A stretch of DNA of 64,000 nt from Planctomycetota bacterium (GCA_046290465.1 JBKAGP010000001.1:6080001-6144000); one strand, 5' to 3'. Positions 38,899-49,524 are shown, counted from the first letter of the stretch. Notes: generated from the sequence alone by a model not told the origin. Translations and numbers: made by a program.

Positions 38899-39444
38899 AT
38901 GTCCAGAATTGGCAAGACTCCCATCGACGTGCCGAAGGCCGTGACGATCGACGTCACGGACGACCTGGTCACGGTCAAGGGCCCGAAGGGCGAGCGCAAG
39001 CTGCCCGTCCGCTCCGAGATCAAGGTCTCGCTCGACGACGGCACGCTGACGGTCGACACGACCCAGTCGACCCGCTTCGCCCACGCGATGCGCGGCACGA
39101 TGCGGTCGCTGCTCAGCAACGCCATCCACGGCGTGACCGAGGGCTACACCAAGAAGCTCGAGGTGCAGGGCGTCGGCTTCGAGGTCGACATCAAGGGCAA
39201 GGAGCTGATCCTGAAGATCGGCTTCAACATGCCGAAGAAGTTCGCGATCCCGGACACGGTCCAGGTCGAGTGCCCGACGCTCACCGACATCGTGATCAGC
39301 GGCCCGGACAACCAGCAGGTTGGCCAGGTCGCCGCCGAGATCCGCAAGCTGCGCAAGCCGGAGCCCTACAAGGGCAAGGGCATCAAGTACGCCGACGAAG
39401 TCATCAAGCGCAAGGCCGGCAAGGCCTTCGGCTCGGGTGGCTAA
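38899..39444 (+). CDS. rplF: 50S ribosomal protein L6
   Basis: [20 protein letters not shown]. Confidence 0.97.
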   Translation: MSRIGKTPIDVPKAVTIDVTDDLVTVKGPKGERKLPVRSEIKVSLDDGTLTVDTTQSTRFAHAMRGTMRSLLSNAIHGVTEGYTKKLEVQGVGFEVDIKGKELILKIGFNMPKKFAIPDTVQVECPTLTDIVISGPDNQQVGQVAAEIRKLRKPEPYKGKGIKYADEVIKRKAGKAFGSGG

Positions 39445-39473
39445 CCGCGAGGACCTCAACAGAGCCAATAGCA

Positions 39474-39842
39474 ATGACTTCGACGAAGAAGAAGCACAAG
39501 GCCCGCCGCGGCAAGGCCACCTCCCTGCGCAAGCGCTTGCGGGCGCGCAGCGAGCGGCCGCGCCTGTCGGTGTTCCGCAGCCTCACCAACATCTCGGTCC
39601 AGGTCATCGACGACCTGGACGGCAAGACGCTGGCCTCGGCCTCGTCGCTCGAGAAGGACGTGCGCGGCGCCATCGAGGGCATGAACAAGACCGACGTCGC
39701 CAAGAAGGTCGGCTCGCTCGTCGGCGAGCGCGCCAAGAAGGCCGGCGTCTCGAAGGTCTCGTTCGATCGCGGCACCTACAAGTATCACGGTCGCGTCAAG
39801 GCGCTCGCCGACGGCGCGCGCGAAGCCGGACTGGAGTTCTGA
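39474..39842 (+). CDS. rplR: 50S ribosomal protein L18
   Basis: [20 protein letters not shown]. Confidence 0.96.
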   Translation: MTSTKKKHKARRGKATSLRKRLRARSERPRLSVFRSLTNISVQVIDDLDGKTLASASSLEKDVRGAIEGMNKTDVAKKVGSLVGERAKKAGVSKVSFDRGTYKYHGRVKALADGAREAGLEF

Positions 39843-39846
39843 TCCG

Positions 39847-40359
39847 ATGACCAAGTCGAACTACACTCTCATCCCGATCGACGAGGCGCTGGCCTCGGAC
39901 GTCGAAGACGACGTCGTCGCGATCAACCGCAGCGCTGCGGTGGTCAAGGGCGGCCGGCGCTTCTCGTTCAGCTCGCTGACCGTCGTCGGCAACCGCAACG
40001 GCCTCGTCGGCGTCGGTTACGGCAAGGGCCGCGAGGTCCCGCTGGCGATCGAGAAGTCGGTCAAGGACGCGCGCAAGAACCTGATGCGCGTGACCCGCGA
40101 AGGCACGACCATCCCGCACGCGGTCGACGGCAAGTACTGCTCGACGACCGTTCGCCTGATCCCGGCCGCGCCGGGCACGGGCATCATCGCCGGCAAGGCG
40201 GTGCGCAAGGTCCTCGAGCGCGCCGGCATCACCGACATCCTCACCAAGAACTACGGCTCGACGAACGCCCTGAATGTGGTCAAGGCCACGATGGTCGCTC
40301 TCGACATGCTGCGCAGCCGCGAAGAGACCGCGAAGCTGCGAGGAGTGGAACTCGAATGA
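39847..40359 (+). CDS. rpsE: 30S ribosomal protein S5
   Basis: VVKGGRRFSF, PAAPGTGIIAG. Confidence 0.97.
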   Translation: MTKSNYTLIPIDEALASDVEDDVVAINRSAAVVKGGRRFSFSSLTVVGNRNGLVGVGYGKGREVPLAIEKSVKDARKNLMRVTREGTTIPHAVDGKYCSTTVRLIPAAPGTGIIAGKAVRKVLERAGITDILTKNYGSTNALNVVKATMVALDMLRSREETAKLRGVELE

Positions 40360-40928
40360 ACCTCGCCGAAGCAAAGACCCTCGGCATCGCCTTCCCTGAG
40401 CGCAAGCGCCGCGGCCGCGGCACCGGCTCCGGCAACGGCAAGACCGCCGGCAAGGGCCACAAGGGCGCGAAGGCGCGCTCGGGTTGGTCGCGCCGTATCG
40501 GTTGGGAAGGTGGCCAGATGCCGCTCTACCGCCGACTGCCCAAGCGCGGCTTCAACAACAAGATCTTCAAGAAGGTCTACACCGTCGTCAACGTCTCGGA
40601 TCTCGAGGCCTTCGACGCCGGCGCGACCGTCGACCTGAAGGCGATCCTCGAGAAGGGCCTCGCCTCCAAGGCGAAGCACTCGGAGATGTTCAAGATCCTC
40701 GGCGACGGGGAGGTCACCAAGGCCGTCACGGTCAAGGTCGACGCCATCACCGCGACCGCGCGCGAGAAGATCGAGAAGGCCGGCGGCACCGTCGACCTGA
40801 TCGAGAAGAAGGCCATGCGGCCGAAGTTCGTCGCCAAGGACGGCAGCAAGAAGACGCCGGGCAAGCCGCGCATCCGCCGCGGTAACGGCAAGGCCAAGCT
40901 CAACGAAGAGGCGGAAGCCAACTCGTAG
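40356..40928 (+). CDS. rplO: 50S ribosomal protein L15 (C-terminally extended)
   Basis: GRGTGSG.GKT, EGGQMPLYRRLPKRGF. Confidence 0.96.
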   Translation: MNLAEAKTLGIAFPERKRRGRGTGSGNGKTAGKGHKGAKARSGWSRRIGWEGGQMPLYRRLPKRGFNNKIFKKVYTVVNVSDLEAFDAGATVDLKAILEKGLASKAKHSEMFKILGDGEVTKAVTVKVDAITATAREKIEKAGGTVDLIEKKAMRPKFVAKDGSKKTPGKPRIRRGNGKAKLNEEAEANS

Positions 40929-40976
40929 GACCCTGGTCCCGTCGCCCGAACGCCGAGCTCGAGAACGAATCCCAGC

Positions 40977-42362
40977 ATGAACGTGTCGATCGCCAACCTG
41001 TTCAAGGTCCCGGAGATCAGGAACAAGGTCCTGATCACCCTGGGCCTGCTGTTGATCTACCGCATCGGGTTCTTCATCCCGCTGCCGGGGGTCAACGCCG
41101 AGGTCATGCTGGCCAACCTGGGCAGCATGGAGGGCGTCGGCCGCCTGTTCGGCATGATGAACGTGCTGACCGGCGGCTCGCTGAACAGCGCGACGCTGTT
41201 CTCGCTGGGCGTGATGCCGTACATCTCGGCCAGCATCATCTTCAGCCTGCTCGCCAAGGCGGTGCCGGCGCTGGAGAAGATCAGCAAGGAAGGCGCGAGC
41301 GGCCAGCGCAAGATCAACCAGTACACCCGTCTGGCGACGGTCGTGATCTGCCTGATCCAGTCGTGGTTCGTGATCGGCGGCACGCTCAGCGGGGCGGAGT
41401 CGAAGATCCTGCACGCCGGCGTCGAGCAGTGGTTCGGCCTCTACAGCATCGTCGTGATGGTGTCGCTGACCGCCGGCACGATGTTCATCATGTGGCTGGG
41501 TGAGCAGATCACCGAGCACGGCATCGGCAACGGCATCTCGCTGATCATCATGGCCGGCATCATCTCGAACCTGGCGCCGGCCCTCAGCGGGTTCATCACC
41601 CAGGGCTTCGGCACGGCCGAGTGGCAGAGCCTGCTGATGTTCCTCGGAGCGTGGGGGGTCACGGTCGTCGCGGTCGTGTTCATGACCAAGGCGCAGCGAC
41701 GCATCCCGATCCAGCAGGCAAAGCAGGCCCGCGGTCGCCAGGTCTACGGCGGCCAGAAGACCTACCTGCCGTTCAAGGTCAACCAGGCCGGCGTCATGCC
41801 GATCATCTTCGCCTCGGCGCTGACGATGATCCCGGCGATGCTGGGCACGGCCCTGAGCATCACGTTCCTCGAACAGACGTTCGGCCAGAACCAGGGCTTC
41901 TGGTACGTGGTCACGTTCTCGGCGCTGATCTTCTTCTTCGCCTTCTTCTGGACGTCGATGATGTTCCAGCCGAACGAGATCGCGAAGAACCTGCAGGAAG
42001 GCGGCTCGTTCATCCCGGGCATTCGCCCCGGCAAGCCGACCGCCAAGTTCCTCGAGCAGACGATGGTCCGCATCACGCTGGCCGGCTCGACGTTCCTGGC
42101 GGTGATCGCCGTGATGCCGTCGCTGATCGGCACCACCGGCAACACCACCGACCAGGTGCTGATCTACTTCATGTCGGGCACGTCGATCCTGATCGTCGTC
42201 GGGGTCGCGCTCGACATGGTCGAGAAGATCAACGCCCTGCTGGTCATGCGCAACTACGAGGGTGCGATGGCCGAGCCCGGCGGCCCGGCGGCCGGCGGCG
42301 GCGGCGGCGATGGCCAGACCGCGGGTGCGACCGCCGGCTGGGGCCGTCGCTCGCAGAGCTGA
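40977..42362 (+). CDS. secY: Preprotein translocase SecY
   Basis: LGVMPYISASII, GIGNGISLII, GVMPIIFA, FIPGIRPG. Confidence 0.98.
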   Translation: MNVSIANLFKVPEIRNKVLITLGLLLIYRIGFFIPLPGVNAEVMLANLGSMEGVGRLFGMMNVLTGGSLNSATLFSLGVMPYISASIIFSLLAKAVPALEKISKEGASGQRKINQYTRLATVVICLIQSWFVIGGTLSGAESKILHAGVEQWFGLYSIVVMVSLTAGTMFIMWLGEQITEHGIGNGISLIIMAGIISNLAPALSGFITQGFGTAEWQSLLMFLGAWGVTVVAVVFMTKAQRRIPIQQAKQARGRQVYGGQKTYLPFKVNQAGVMPIIFASALTMIPAMLGTALSITFLEQTFGQNQGFWYVVTFSALIFFFAFFWTSMMFQPNEIAKNLQEGGSFIPGIRPGKPTAKFLEQTMVRITLAGSTFLAVIAVMPSLIGTTGNTTDQVLIYFMSGTSILIVVGVALDMVEKINALLVMRNYEGAMAEPGGPAAGGGGGDGQTAGATAGWGRRSQS

Positions 42363-42421
42363 GCCGCGCCCGATCCCTTCCCGATCCCGATCCAGATTCC
42401 ACCGACCTCCCCGACCTGACG

Positions 42422-43078
42422 ATGGCCAACCAGCTGCAAGCTCGCTGCGTGTTCCTCGGCGCCCCCGGCGCTGGCAAGGGCACGCAGGCCAAGCGCGTCG
42501 CCGAGAACGCCGAGATCGCGCACATCTCGACGGGCGACATGCTGCGGGCGGAGGTCAAGTCGGGCAGCGAGCTGGGAGCCCAGGCCAAGACCTTCATGGA
42601 CGACGGCAAGCTGGTCCCCGACCAGCTGATCATCGACATGGTCAAGGCGCGCATCCAGCAGCCGGACGCGCAAGCCGCCTGGATCCTGGACGGTTTTCCC
42701 CGTACACTCCCGCAGGCCGAAGCGCTGGACCAGAACCTGTCCGGCGCCAACGCCCTGACGCACGTGGTCTACTTCGCCGTTCCGGAGGACGTCCTGATGG
42801 GGCGCCTGACGGGCCGTCGCACCTGCTCGCAATGCGGTGCCATCTGGCACATCGAGCACAAGCCGACGAGCAAGGAAGGTGTCTGTGACAACTGCGGCGG
42901 TGAGTTGACCCAACGCGCCGACGATCGCGAGGAAGCGATCGGCAAGCGCCTCGAAGTGTATCGGACCCAGACTGCGCCGCTGCTGGCGTACTACCGGGAC
43001 CGTGGTGTTCTGCGGGAGATCGATGCGCATCGATCCCCCGATGTCGTTTTCCAGGAGCTGCTGACGCAAATGCAATGA
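42422..43078 (+). CDS. adk: Adenylate kinase (Zn-lid type)
   Basis: GAPGAGKGTQ, HISTGDMLR, LDGFPRT, CSQC...CDNC. Confidence 0.97.
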   Translation: MANQLQARCVFLGAPGAGKGTQAKRVAENAEIAHISTGDMLRAEVKSGSELGAQAKTFMDDGKLVPDQLIIDMVKARIQQPDAQAAWILDGFPRTLPQAEALDQNLSGANALTHVVYFAVPEDVLMGRLTGRRTCSQCGAIWHIEHKPTSKEGVCDNCGGELTQRADDREEAIGKRLEVYRTQTAPLLAYYRDRGVLREIDAHRSPDVVFQELLTQMQ

Positions 43079-43305
43079 CCACAGGCGCAGGACAGCCTGA
43101 ACAGGGCGAGCGGGCCACCGTGCTCGAGCCCCTGAACAACGGGTTGTTCCGCCTGCAGATGGCCGATGGCCGCACCGTCGTGGCGCACGTCGCGAAGGAC
43201 CTCCGGATGGCGTTCTCTCGCCTCCTGCCCGGTGACCCGGTCCTCGTCGACGTGTCTCCCTTCGACCCCGGCAAGGCACGCATCTGCAAGTTGCTCGATC
43301 AGTAG
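43075..43305 (+). CDS. infA: Translation initiation factor IF-1 (divergent)
   Basis: S1/OB pattern VVAHV..LRM...LLPGD.V.V.VSPFD...ARI; position adk-infA-rpmJ. Confidence 0.8.
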   Translation: MTTGAGQPEQGERATVLEPLNNGLFRLQMADGRTVVAHVAKDLRMAFSRLLPGDPVLVDVSPFDPGKARICKLLDQ

Positions 43306-43347
43306 CCCCAACCCAGTCCGTATTCCTCCAACCCAGCGAGAACTGTT

Positions 43348-43464
43348 GTGAAGGTCAGAGCCAGCGTCCGTCGCATGTGCGACAAGTGCAAGGTCGTCAA
43401 GCGCCGCGGCATCGTTCGCGTCATCTGCGAGAACCCGCGCCACAAGCAGCGCCAGGGCAAGTAG
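43348..43464 (+). CDS. rpmJ: 50S ribosomal protein L36 (Zn-binding)
   Basis: Manual translation from [41 protein letters not shown] (too short for the ORF track). Confidence 0.96.
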   Translation: MKVRASVRRMCDKCKVVKRRGIVRVICENPRHKQRQGK

Positions 43465-43487
43465 CCCGAGGCCTTCAAGGAAGCACT

Positions 43488-43865
43488 ATGCCCAGACTCC
43501 TCGGCGTCGACATCCCGAACGAGAAGCGCATCGACGTTGCGCTCCAGTACCTCTATGGCGTTGGTCCGGCCGTGGCCAAGAAGTGCCTGGACGAACTGGC
43601 GATCAACCCCTCGGTCCGCGCGAAGGACCTGAAGGACGACGAGGTCGCCAACATCGCCGGCTACCTCGAGTCCAACTTCCCGGTCGAAGGTGCTCTGCGT
43701 CGCCTGAACATGCAGAACATCCAGCGCCTGAAGGAAATCTACTGCTACCGGGGTCTGCGTCACCGTCGCGGCCTGCCGGTGCACGGTCAGCGCACGCGCT
43801 GCAAGGCACGCACCCGCAAGGGCCCGCGCAAGACGGTGGCCAACAAGAAGATCCTGAGGAAGTAA
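43488..43865 (+). CDS. rpsM: 30S ribosomal protein S13
   Basis: [21 protein letters not shown]. Confidence 0.97.
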   Translation: MPRLLGVDIPNEKRIDVALQYLYGVGPAVAKKCLDELAINPSVRAKDLKDDEVANIAGYLESNFPVEGALRRLNMQNIQRLKEIYCYRGLRHRRGLPVHGQRTRCKARTRKGPRKTVANKKILRK

Positions 43866-43867
43866 GC

Positions 43868-44254
43868 ATGAGCGCTGGCGACAAGAAGAAGACCAAGGTC
43901 CGCAAGAACGTCGGCAAGGCCGTCGCTCACGTGAAGGCCTCGTTCAACAACACGATCATCACGGTCGTCGACACCGCCGGTCAGGTCATCGCCTGGGACT
44001 CGGCGGGCACGATCGGCTACAAGGGCTCGCGCAAGAGCACGCCGTTCGCGGCGCAGCGCGCGGCCGAGAAGGTGGCCGACAAGTGCAAGAAGATGGGCGT
44101 GCACGAGATGGAGGTGCTGGTCCGCGGTCCGGGTTCGGGTCGCGAGTCGGCCATCCGCGCGCTCGCCAACTCGGGCATCGACGTCAAGTCCATCGAGGAC
44201 TGCACGCCGCTGCCCCACAACGGTTGCCGGCCGCGCAAGCGCCGCCGCGTCTGA
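43868..44254 (+). CDS. rpsK: 30S ribosomal protein S11
   Basis: [22 protein letters not shown]. Confidence 0.97.
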   Translation: MSAGDKKKTKVRKNVGKAVAHVKASFNNTIITVVDTAGQVIAWDSAGTIGYKGSRKSTPFAAQRAAEKVADKCKKMGVHEMEVLVRGPGSGRESAIRALANSGIDVKSIEDCTPLPHNGCRPRKRRRV

Positions 44255-44281
44255 TCCAAGCACCAGTATTCGATCCCAGTA

Positions 44282-44905
44282 ATGGCACGTAACGACACCA
44301 ACGTCTGCAAGCTCTGCCGCCGCGAAGGCGTCAAGCTGTTCCTGAAGGGGCAGCGATGCTTCTCGGAGAAGTGCGCGGTCAACCGTCGCAACTACCCGCC
44401 GGGTCAGCACGTCCGCCCGAAGAAGGGCACGGACTACGGCACCCAGCTGCGCGAGAAGCAGAAGTGCAAGCGGATCTATGGCGTGCTCGAGCGCCAGTTC
44501 CAGCACTACTTCAACATCGCTCGCCGCCAGAAGGGCAACACCGGTGAGAACCTGCTGATCCTGATGGAACGTCGTCTCGACAACGTCCTGCTCAGCCTCG
44601 GCCTCGCGTTCTCGCGCTTCGATGCCCGCCAGATGGTCGCGCACGGCCACGTGCAGGTGAACGGCCGCCGCCTGGACATCCCGAGCTACCTGGTCCGCGC
44701 GGGCGACGAGATCTCCGTCGTCGGCAAGGAGAAGATCTCCAAGAAGGCGGGCGACGCCATCGAGATGAACAAGGGCCGGCCGCTGCCGACCTGGCTCGAA
44801 GCGACGCCGGCCGACAACAAGGGGCGCGTCATCCAGCTGCCGAAGCGCGAGGATGTCAGCGTCGAACTCAACGAGCAGCTCATCGTCGAGCTGTGTTCCA
44901 AGTAG
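44282..44905 (+). CDS. rpsD: 30S ribosomal protein S4 (Zn-binding form)
   Basis: CKLCRREG, PPGQH, QLREKQK, ERRLDN. Confidence 0.97.
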   Translation: MARNDTNVCKLCRREGVKLFLKGQRCFSEKCAVNRRNYPPGQHVRPKKGTDYGTQLREKQKCKRIYGVLERQFQHYFNIARRQKGNTGENLLILMERRLDNVLLSLGLAFSRFDARQMVAHGHVQVNGRRLDIPSYLVRAGDEISVVGKEKISKKAGDAIEMNKGRPLPTWLEATPADNKGRVIQLPKREDVSVELNEQLIVELCSK

Positions 44906-45012
44906 GAGCCAGCTGATCGAGGACCCGGCCCGCCGGGTTCCGCTGCTCGTGATTGCACAATCCGGCCCCGGACCCATCGGTCCAGGGCCAACCTGTTTCA
45001 GGGAGAAACGAT

Positions 45013-46011
45013 ATGCGTATTCGTTGGCGTAACTTCGAGTTGCCTTCGCAGGTCCGTCTGGAGCGCGAAACCGCCACGCCTCAGTACGGTCGCTTCACGG
45101 TCGAGCCGTTCGAGAAGGGCTTCGGCACGACGATCGGCAACGGCCTGCGCCGCGTGCTGCTGTCCTCGATCGAGGGCACCGCGGTCACGTGGGTCCGCAT
45201 CGACGGCGTCGTGCACGAGTTCTCGACCATCCAGGGGGTGCTCGAGGACGTCACGCAGATCGTTCTGAACATCAAGAAGCTGCGCGTCAAGATGCACACC
45301 GACGCGCCGACGACGCTGCGTCTGGACGTCAGCGAGAAAGGCGAGGTGCTCGCCGAGAAGATCGAAGGCGACCACAACGTCGAGATCGCCAACCCCGAGC
45401 TCAAGATCTGCACGCTGACCGAAGACGTGCGCTTCTTCTGCGAGATGCAGGTCCGCAAGGGCCGCGGCTACGTCACCGCCGAGGAGAACGTCCAGGACGA
45501 CCTCGAGATCGGCACGATCCCGGTCGACTCGATCTTCAGCCCGGTGCACCGCGTGCGCTACGCGATCGAGAACACCCGCGTCGGCAAGTCGACCGACTAC
45601 GACCGCCTGGTGCTCGAGGTCTGGACCGACGGCACCGTGTCGCCGGAGATGGGCCTGGTCGAGGCGTCGAAGATCTACCGCAAGCACCTGAACCCGTTCG
45701 TCCAGTACTTCGAGATGAAGGAAGAGCTGGCGGTCGAAGGTGGCGTGCTCGCGCCGGAAGGTGACGAGAGCGCGCGTCGTCGCGAGATGGTCGACCTGCT
45801 CAACAAGAGCATCGACATGCTGGAGCTGTCGGTCCGTTCGAAGAACTGCCTGGACAGCGAGAACGTCGCGCTGATGCGCGATCTGGTGCAGATGTCCGAG
45901 CCCGAGCTGCTGAAGGTCCGCAACTTCGGCAAGACCTCCCTGAAGGAGGTCAAGAGCAAGCTCGCGGCACTGGGTCTGTCCCTGGGAATGAACGTCGAAG
46001 AGTACAAGTAG
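45013..46011 (+). CDS. rpoA: RNA polymerase alpha subunit
   Basis: EPFEKGFGTTIGNGLRRVLLSS, LSVRSKNCL, NFGKTSL. Confidence 0.98.
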   Translation: MRIRWRNFELPSQVRLERETATPQYGRFTVEPFEKGFGTTIGNGLRRVLLSSIEGTAVTWVRIDGVVHEFSTIQGVLEDVTQIVLNIKKLRVKMHTDAPTTLRLDVSEKGEVLAEKIEGDHNVEIANPELKICTLTEDVRFFCEMQVRKGRGYVTAEENVQDDLEIGTIPVDSIFSPVHRVRYAIENTRVGKSTDYDRLVLEVWTDGTVSPEMGLVEASKIYRKHLNPFVQYFEMKEELAVEGGVLAPEGDESARRREMVDLLNKSIDMLELSVRSKNCLDSENVALMRDLVQMSEPELLKVRNFGKTSLKEVKSKLAALGLSLGMNVEEYK

Positions 46012-46073
46012 CCGCGAGCCCCTGACCCGGAGGCACTCTCTCCGGGCCGGTTCCTCTCGCAAGGAATGTAGTC

Positions 46074-46538
46074 ATGAAGCACAAGGTTGCCGGCAAGCAT
46101 CTCAACCGGAACAGCGCGCACCGTAAGGCGCTGCGCATGAACTTCTGCGTCTCCGTGATCAAGCACGAGCGCGTCACGACGACCCTGGCCAAGGCCAAGG
46201 CGCTGCGTCCGTTCGTCGAGAAGATGATCACGCTGGCCAAGAAGGCGGCCAACGCCGAAGGCAAGGACCGTCTGCACCTGATCCGCACGGCGGTCTCCTA
46301 CCTGCAGGACAAGTCCGCGGTGAAGAAGCTGTTCGAGGAGATCGCGCCGCGCTTCGCCAACCGTCAGGGCGGCTACACGCGGGTCCTGCGCCTGGCCGAC
46401 CACCGCATCGGGGACGGCAGCGATCGCGCGATCTTCGAGCTCGTCGACAACAACGTGCTCGAGCAGCAGATCAAGAAGGCCGAAGAAGAGGCCACGGTCG
46501 TCGACGACGAGGTCGACGCCGAAGAGCAGGCCGTCTGA
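46074..46538 (+). CDS. rplQ: 50S ribosomal protein L17
   Basis: HRKAL, TTLAKAK, RQGGYTRV. Confidence 0.97.
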   Translation: MKHKVAGKHLNRNSAHRKALRMNFCVSVIKHERVTTTLAKAKALRPFVEKMITLAKKAANAEGKDRLHLIRTAVSYLQDKSAVKKLFEEIAPRFANRQGGYTRVLRLADHRIGDGSDRAIFELVDNNVLEQQIKKAEEEATVVDDEVDAEEQAV

Positions 46539-46600
46539 TCCAAGCGAGCGGTGCCCGCGATGGCACCGGCACGTGATCGACGCCTCGCGGTCGAAGCAGG

Positions 46601-46623
46601 CGGCGCCCAGGTGGCGCCGTTTT
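46601..46623 (+). terminator. Probable intrinsic terminator of the alpha operon
   Basis: CGGCGCC-CAGGT-GGCGCCG hairpin followed by TTTT(GCGGTTTT). Confidence 0.6.
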
Positions 46624-46733
46624 GCGGTTTTGGGCAGCCTCGGCCAGGCGTGCCCATCCGGCCCCGACAACCAGCCGGCCCCGACAGTTGGCTCCGACAA
46701 CCATCTGGCTACCCGGCCTTGCTGGCCAACCGA

Positions 46734-46769
46734 GCATGCCGGCTACCAGAGGCATGCCGGCTACCAGAC
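46734..46769. repeat. 18-bp tandem duplication
   Basis: GCATGCCGGCTACCAGA twice; the second copy contains the Kelch gene stop. Confidence 0.75.
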
Positions 46770-48170
46770 CATGCTGCGCACGCCCTGCGACGTGACCAGG
46801 ATGTCGGCGCCGTTGCCGCACAGCGCCTGCGCGTAGACGTCGACGCCGTAGACCGACGGCACGTTGGGGATCGGCAACGAGAACGCCGCGGTCCTCGTCC
46901 AGCCGTTCGGCTGGGTCGGCTGCCACTGGGTGACCGCCGGCTCGACCAGCAGGTCGCACACCGCGTTGCCGACGGGGCCGAGGTTGAACGGCAGCGGAAC
47001 CCCGTTCCAGCTGCTGTTGCTGAGCCCGAACGCGAACAGCGCCCACGAGATGTTGTTGGGCACGCTGACGCTGCCCTGCCAGTCCGCGCCGCGCTCGCAG
47101 AGGCCGCCGTACAGCGTCGCCGACACCGGGAACGCCGAGCACGAACTGCCGAACCACTCGGACACGACCCCCGGCTCGAACTCCCAGTGCTGCGGGTTGA
47201 GCAGCGAGGCCGGTCCGTCGAGCGCGCCGCCGAACAGGACGACGCGTCGTCGATCCGGGTCGAACGCGGCGGCCGCGCCGATCGTCGCCGGCGGCTTCGT
47301 CGGCGTCGCCAGTTCGGTCCAGCGGTCGCCGTCGAAGCGCCACAGCTCGCCCTGCGCCGGCAGCACGCCGCCCGGGCCGCGGCCGCCGACGAGCAGCGTC
47401 GACCTGGACGCGGCGTCGTAGACGAGCCGGTGCTCGCTGCGCGGCGGCGCCGTCGCCAGGCCGTTGGCCGGCACCGCGCTGCCGACGGTCACGATGAAGC
47501 CGTCGGACAGCACCGTTCCTTGCGCGTCGACCCCGCCGTAGAGGAACAGCCGTTCGGCCGGGTTGCCGTTGTAGGTCTGGGTCGTCCAGGTGAGCCCGAT
47601 GGCCGCGTCACGCCGCGGCGGGACCGCCGACGGGAACTGGGACCAGCCGAAGTTCGGACTCCACGACCAGTAGTCGCCGAGCATGCCCTGCACCGGCGAC
47701 CAGCCGCCGATGACGATCATGCCGCCGTCCCCGTAGGCCGCCGCGCCGGCGCGGGCGATCGGCGCCGTGGAGTAGTACTGCGTCTGCCAGTCGATGCCGT
47801 CGAACCACCAGACGTCGTTGAGCGGGCTGCCCTGGCTGTCGATGCCGCCGAACACCACGACCAGGCCCTGGTAGGGCAGGTAGCACATGCTGTGCTGGCT
47901 GCGCGCCGGTGGCACGTTGGCGGTCGTGCGCTGGGTCCAGGCGCCGTTGCGGTACTCCCAGGTCTCGGCGAGGGGTTGCGGCGGCGGCCAGATCCCGTCG
48001 TCGGCCTCGAGTCCGCCGAACAGCACCAGCGCGTCGCGGTCCTCGTGGTAGGCCATCCGGGTCGCGTAGCCGGGCGTCGGCGTCGGCGTGAACACCCGGG
48101 TCCAGTCCTGGGCGGTTGCGGTGGCGGCGATCGCGAGCAGTACGAACGGGATGGCGGGCACGGTCTTCAT
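46761..48170 (-). CDS. Secreted Kelch-repeat beta-propeller protein with the shared C-terminal domain
   Basis: Signal peptide ...ATATA|Q; repeated (V/L)FGG...TW/DVWWFDG motifs. Confidence 0.85.
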   Translation of the reverse strand: MKTVPAIPFVLLAIAATATAQDWTRVFTPTPTPGYATRMAYHEDRDALVLFGGLEADDGIWPPPQPLAETWEYRNGAWTQRTTANVPPARSQHSMCYLPYQGLVVVFGGIDSQGSPLNDVWWFDGIDWQTQYYSTAPIARAGAAAYGDGGMIVIGGWSPVQGMLGDYWSWSPNFGWSQFPSAVPPRRDAAIGLTWTTQTYNGNPAERLFLYGGVDAQGTVLSDGFIVTVGSAVPANGLATAPPRSEHRLVYDAASRSTLLVGGRGPGGVLPAQGELWRFDGDRWTELATPTKPPATIGAAAAFDPDRRRVVLFGGALDGPASLLNPQHWEFEPGVVSEWFGSSCSAFPVSATLYGGLCERGADWQGSVSVPNNISWALFAFGLSNSSWNGVPLPFNLGPVGNAVCDLLVEPAVTQWQPTQPNGWTRTAAFSLPIPNVPSVYGVDVYAQALCGNGADILVTSQGVRSMVW

Positions 48171-48312
48171 GGGGTTCTCCTTCGGCGTCCGAGCATACCG
48201 GTGCAGCTGCGAGCCTGCAGGCCGTGGCCGTCTTCACGCAACCCTGACAGTTCGTTGTCCGATGGGCCAGCTGCGCTGGCTAGAAGACTGGGTCCCCATC
48301 CCCGCAACCAAC

Positions 48313-49524
48313 ATGCGCTTCGCTACCGCCGCCCTCTCCGCCCTCTTCGCCGCATCCGCGCTGACCGCGCAGGTCGACACCCAGCAGGACCCCGACGAGA
48401 TCGACCTCAAGCCGTCGCCGATCCTGCCGCCGGTGGTCGACTCGCCGGCGCTGCAGCTCGCCCGCCAGGTGCAGGACGGCTTCTCCGACATCGCCGAGCA
48501 CGTCTGGCCCTCGATCGTGACCGTGCGCGCGTACCGCCGCATCGGCAAGCAGGGTGAGGCGCAGCAGGAAGGCGGCTGGGTCGCCTCGACCGAGGACACC
48601 TACCCGGGCTTCGTCGAGTTCTCGGCGCTGACCGGTTGGGTGGTCGACGAGAAGGGCGAGATCCTGACCTGCAACCACGGCCTGGTCGCCGCCGACGGCA
48701 AGGCGCCGGACCTGATCGACATCGAGACGCACGACTTCCAGCGCATCATCGTCGAGCGCGTCGGCACCGAGCCGACCGTCAACCTCGCGATCCTGCAGGC
48801 GATGGTGTGGCCCAACAGCCACCCCAAGAAGCTGCCGGCGCTGCAGTGGGGCAACAGCGACCGCCTGCGCACCGGCGCCTGGCTGCTGTGCTTCGGCGAC
48901 CCGTCGGGCCCCGAGCGCTTCCTGTCGCTCGGCACGTTCATCTCGCGGCCATCGCGCGATTGCTACCAGGACCTGCTCAGCTCGTTCTTCATGCAGGCGG
49001 GCCTGGTCGCGCACCCGCAGGCCTACGGCGGTCCGATGATCGACCTCAAGGGCCGGGTCGTCGGCATCCTCGCGCCGGGGCAGCCCGAGCCGAAGAAGTG
49101 GCAGGAGTCCAAGCGCCAGGGCGTCGAGCTCGGCCTGCCGAGCAAGATCGTGCAGGGCCTGCACGACGCGATCCGCACCGCGCGCAGCTTCCGTTCGCCG
49201 TGGCTCGGCTACGCGGTGATGAGCCGCCCGGAGATCGCCAAGGTGCGCGGCATCAAGGCCTACCAGGAGATGGACAAGCCGCGCAACGGCATCCTGATCG
49301 AGAACGTCTTCGACCCGGGCCCGGCGTTCGCCGCCGGAATCCAGCCCAACGACTGGCTGGTCACGTTCGACAAGACGCGCATCTTCACGCCCGTCGACTT
49401 CCAGAAGCAGCTCTACCTCGCCGGCATCGGCACCAAGGTCAAGGTCGAGATCTTCCGCGACGGCGCCACCAGGTGGTACGAACTCGAGATCCAGGAGCGT
49501 CCGCAGGCCGCGACGCCTCGCTAG
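48313..49524 (+). CDS. Secreted HtrA/DegP-like trypsin-fold + PDZ protein, catalytically degenerate
   Basis: ILTCNH, WGNSDRLRTG, YGGPMIDLKGRVVGI, PDZ (WLG...GPAFAAGIQPND); Ser motif altered. Confidence 0.82.
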   Translation: MRFATAALSALFAASALTAQVDTQQDPDEIDLKPSPILPPVVDSPALQLARQVQDGFSDIAEHVWPSIVTVRAYRRIGKQGEAQQEGGWVASTEDTYPGFVEFSALTGWVVDEKGEILTCNHGLVAADGKAPDLIDIETHDFQRIIVERVGTEPTVNLAILQAMVWPNSHPKKLPALQWGNSDRLRTGAWLLCFGDPSGPERFLSLGTFISRPSRDCYQDLLSSFFMQAGLVAHPQAYGGPMIDLKGRVVGILAPGQPEPKKWQESKRQGVELGLPSKIVQGLHDAIRTARSFRSPWLGYAVMSRPEIAKVRGIKAYQEMDKPRNGILIENVFDPGPAFAAGIQPNDWLVTFDKTRIFTPVDFQKQLYLAGIGTKVKVEIFRDGATRWYELEIQERPQAATPR

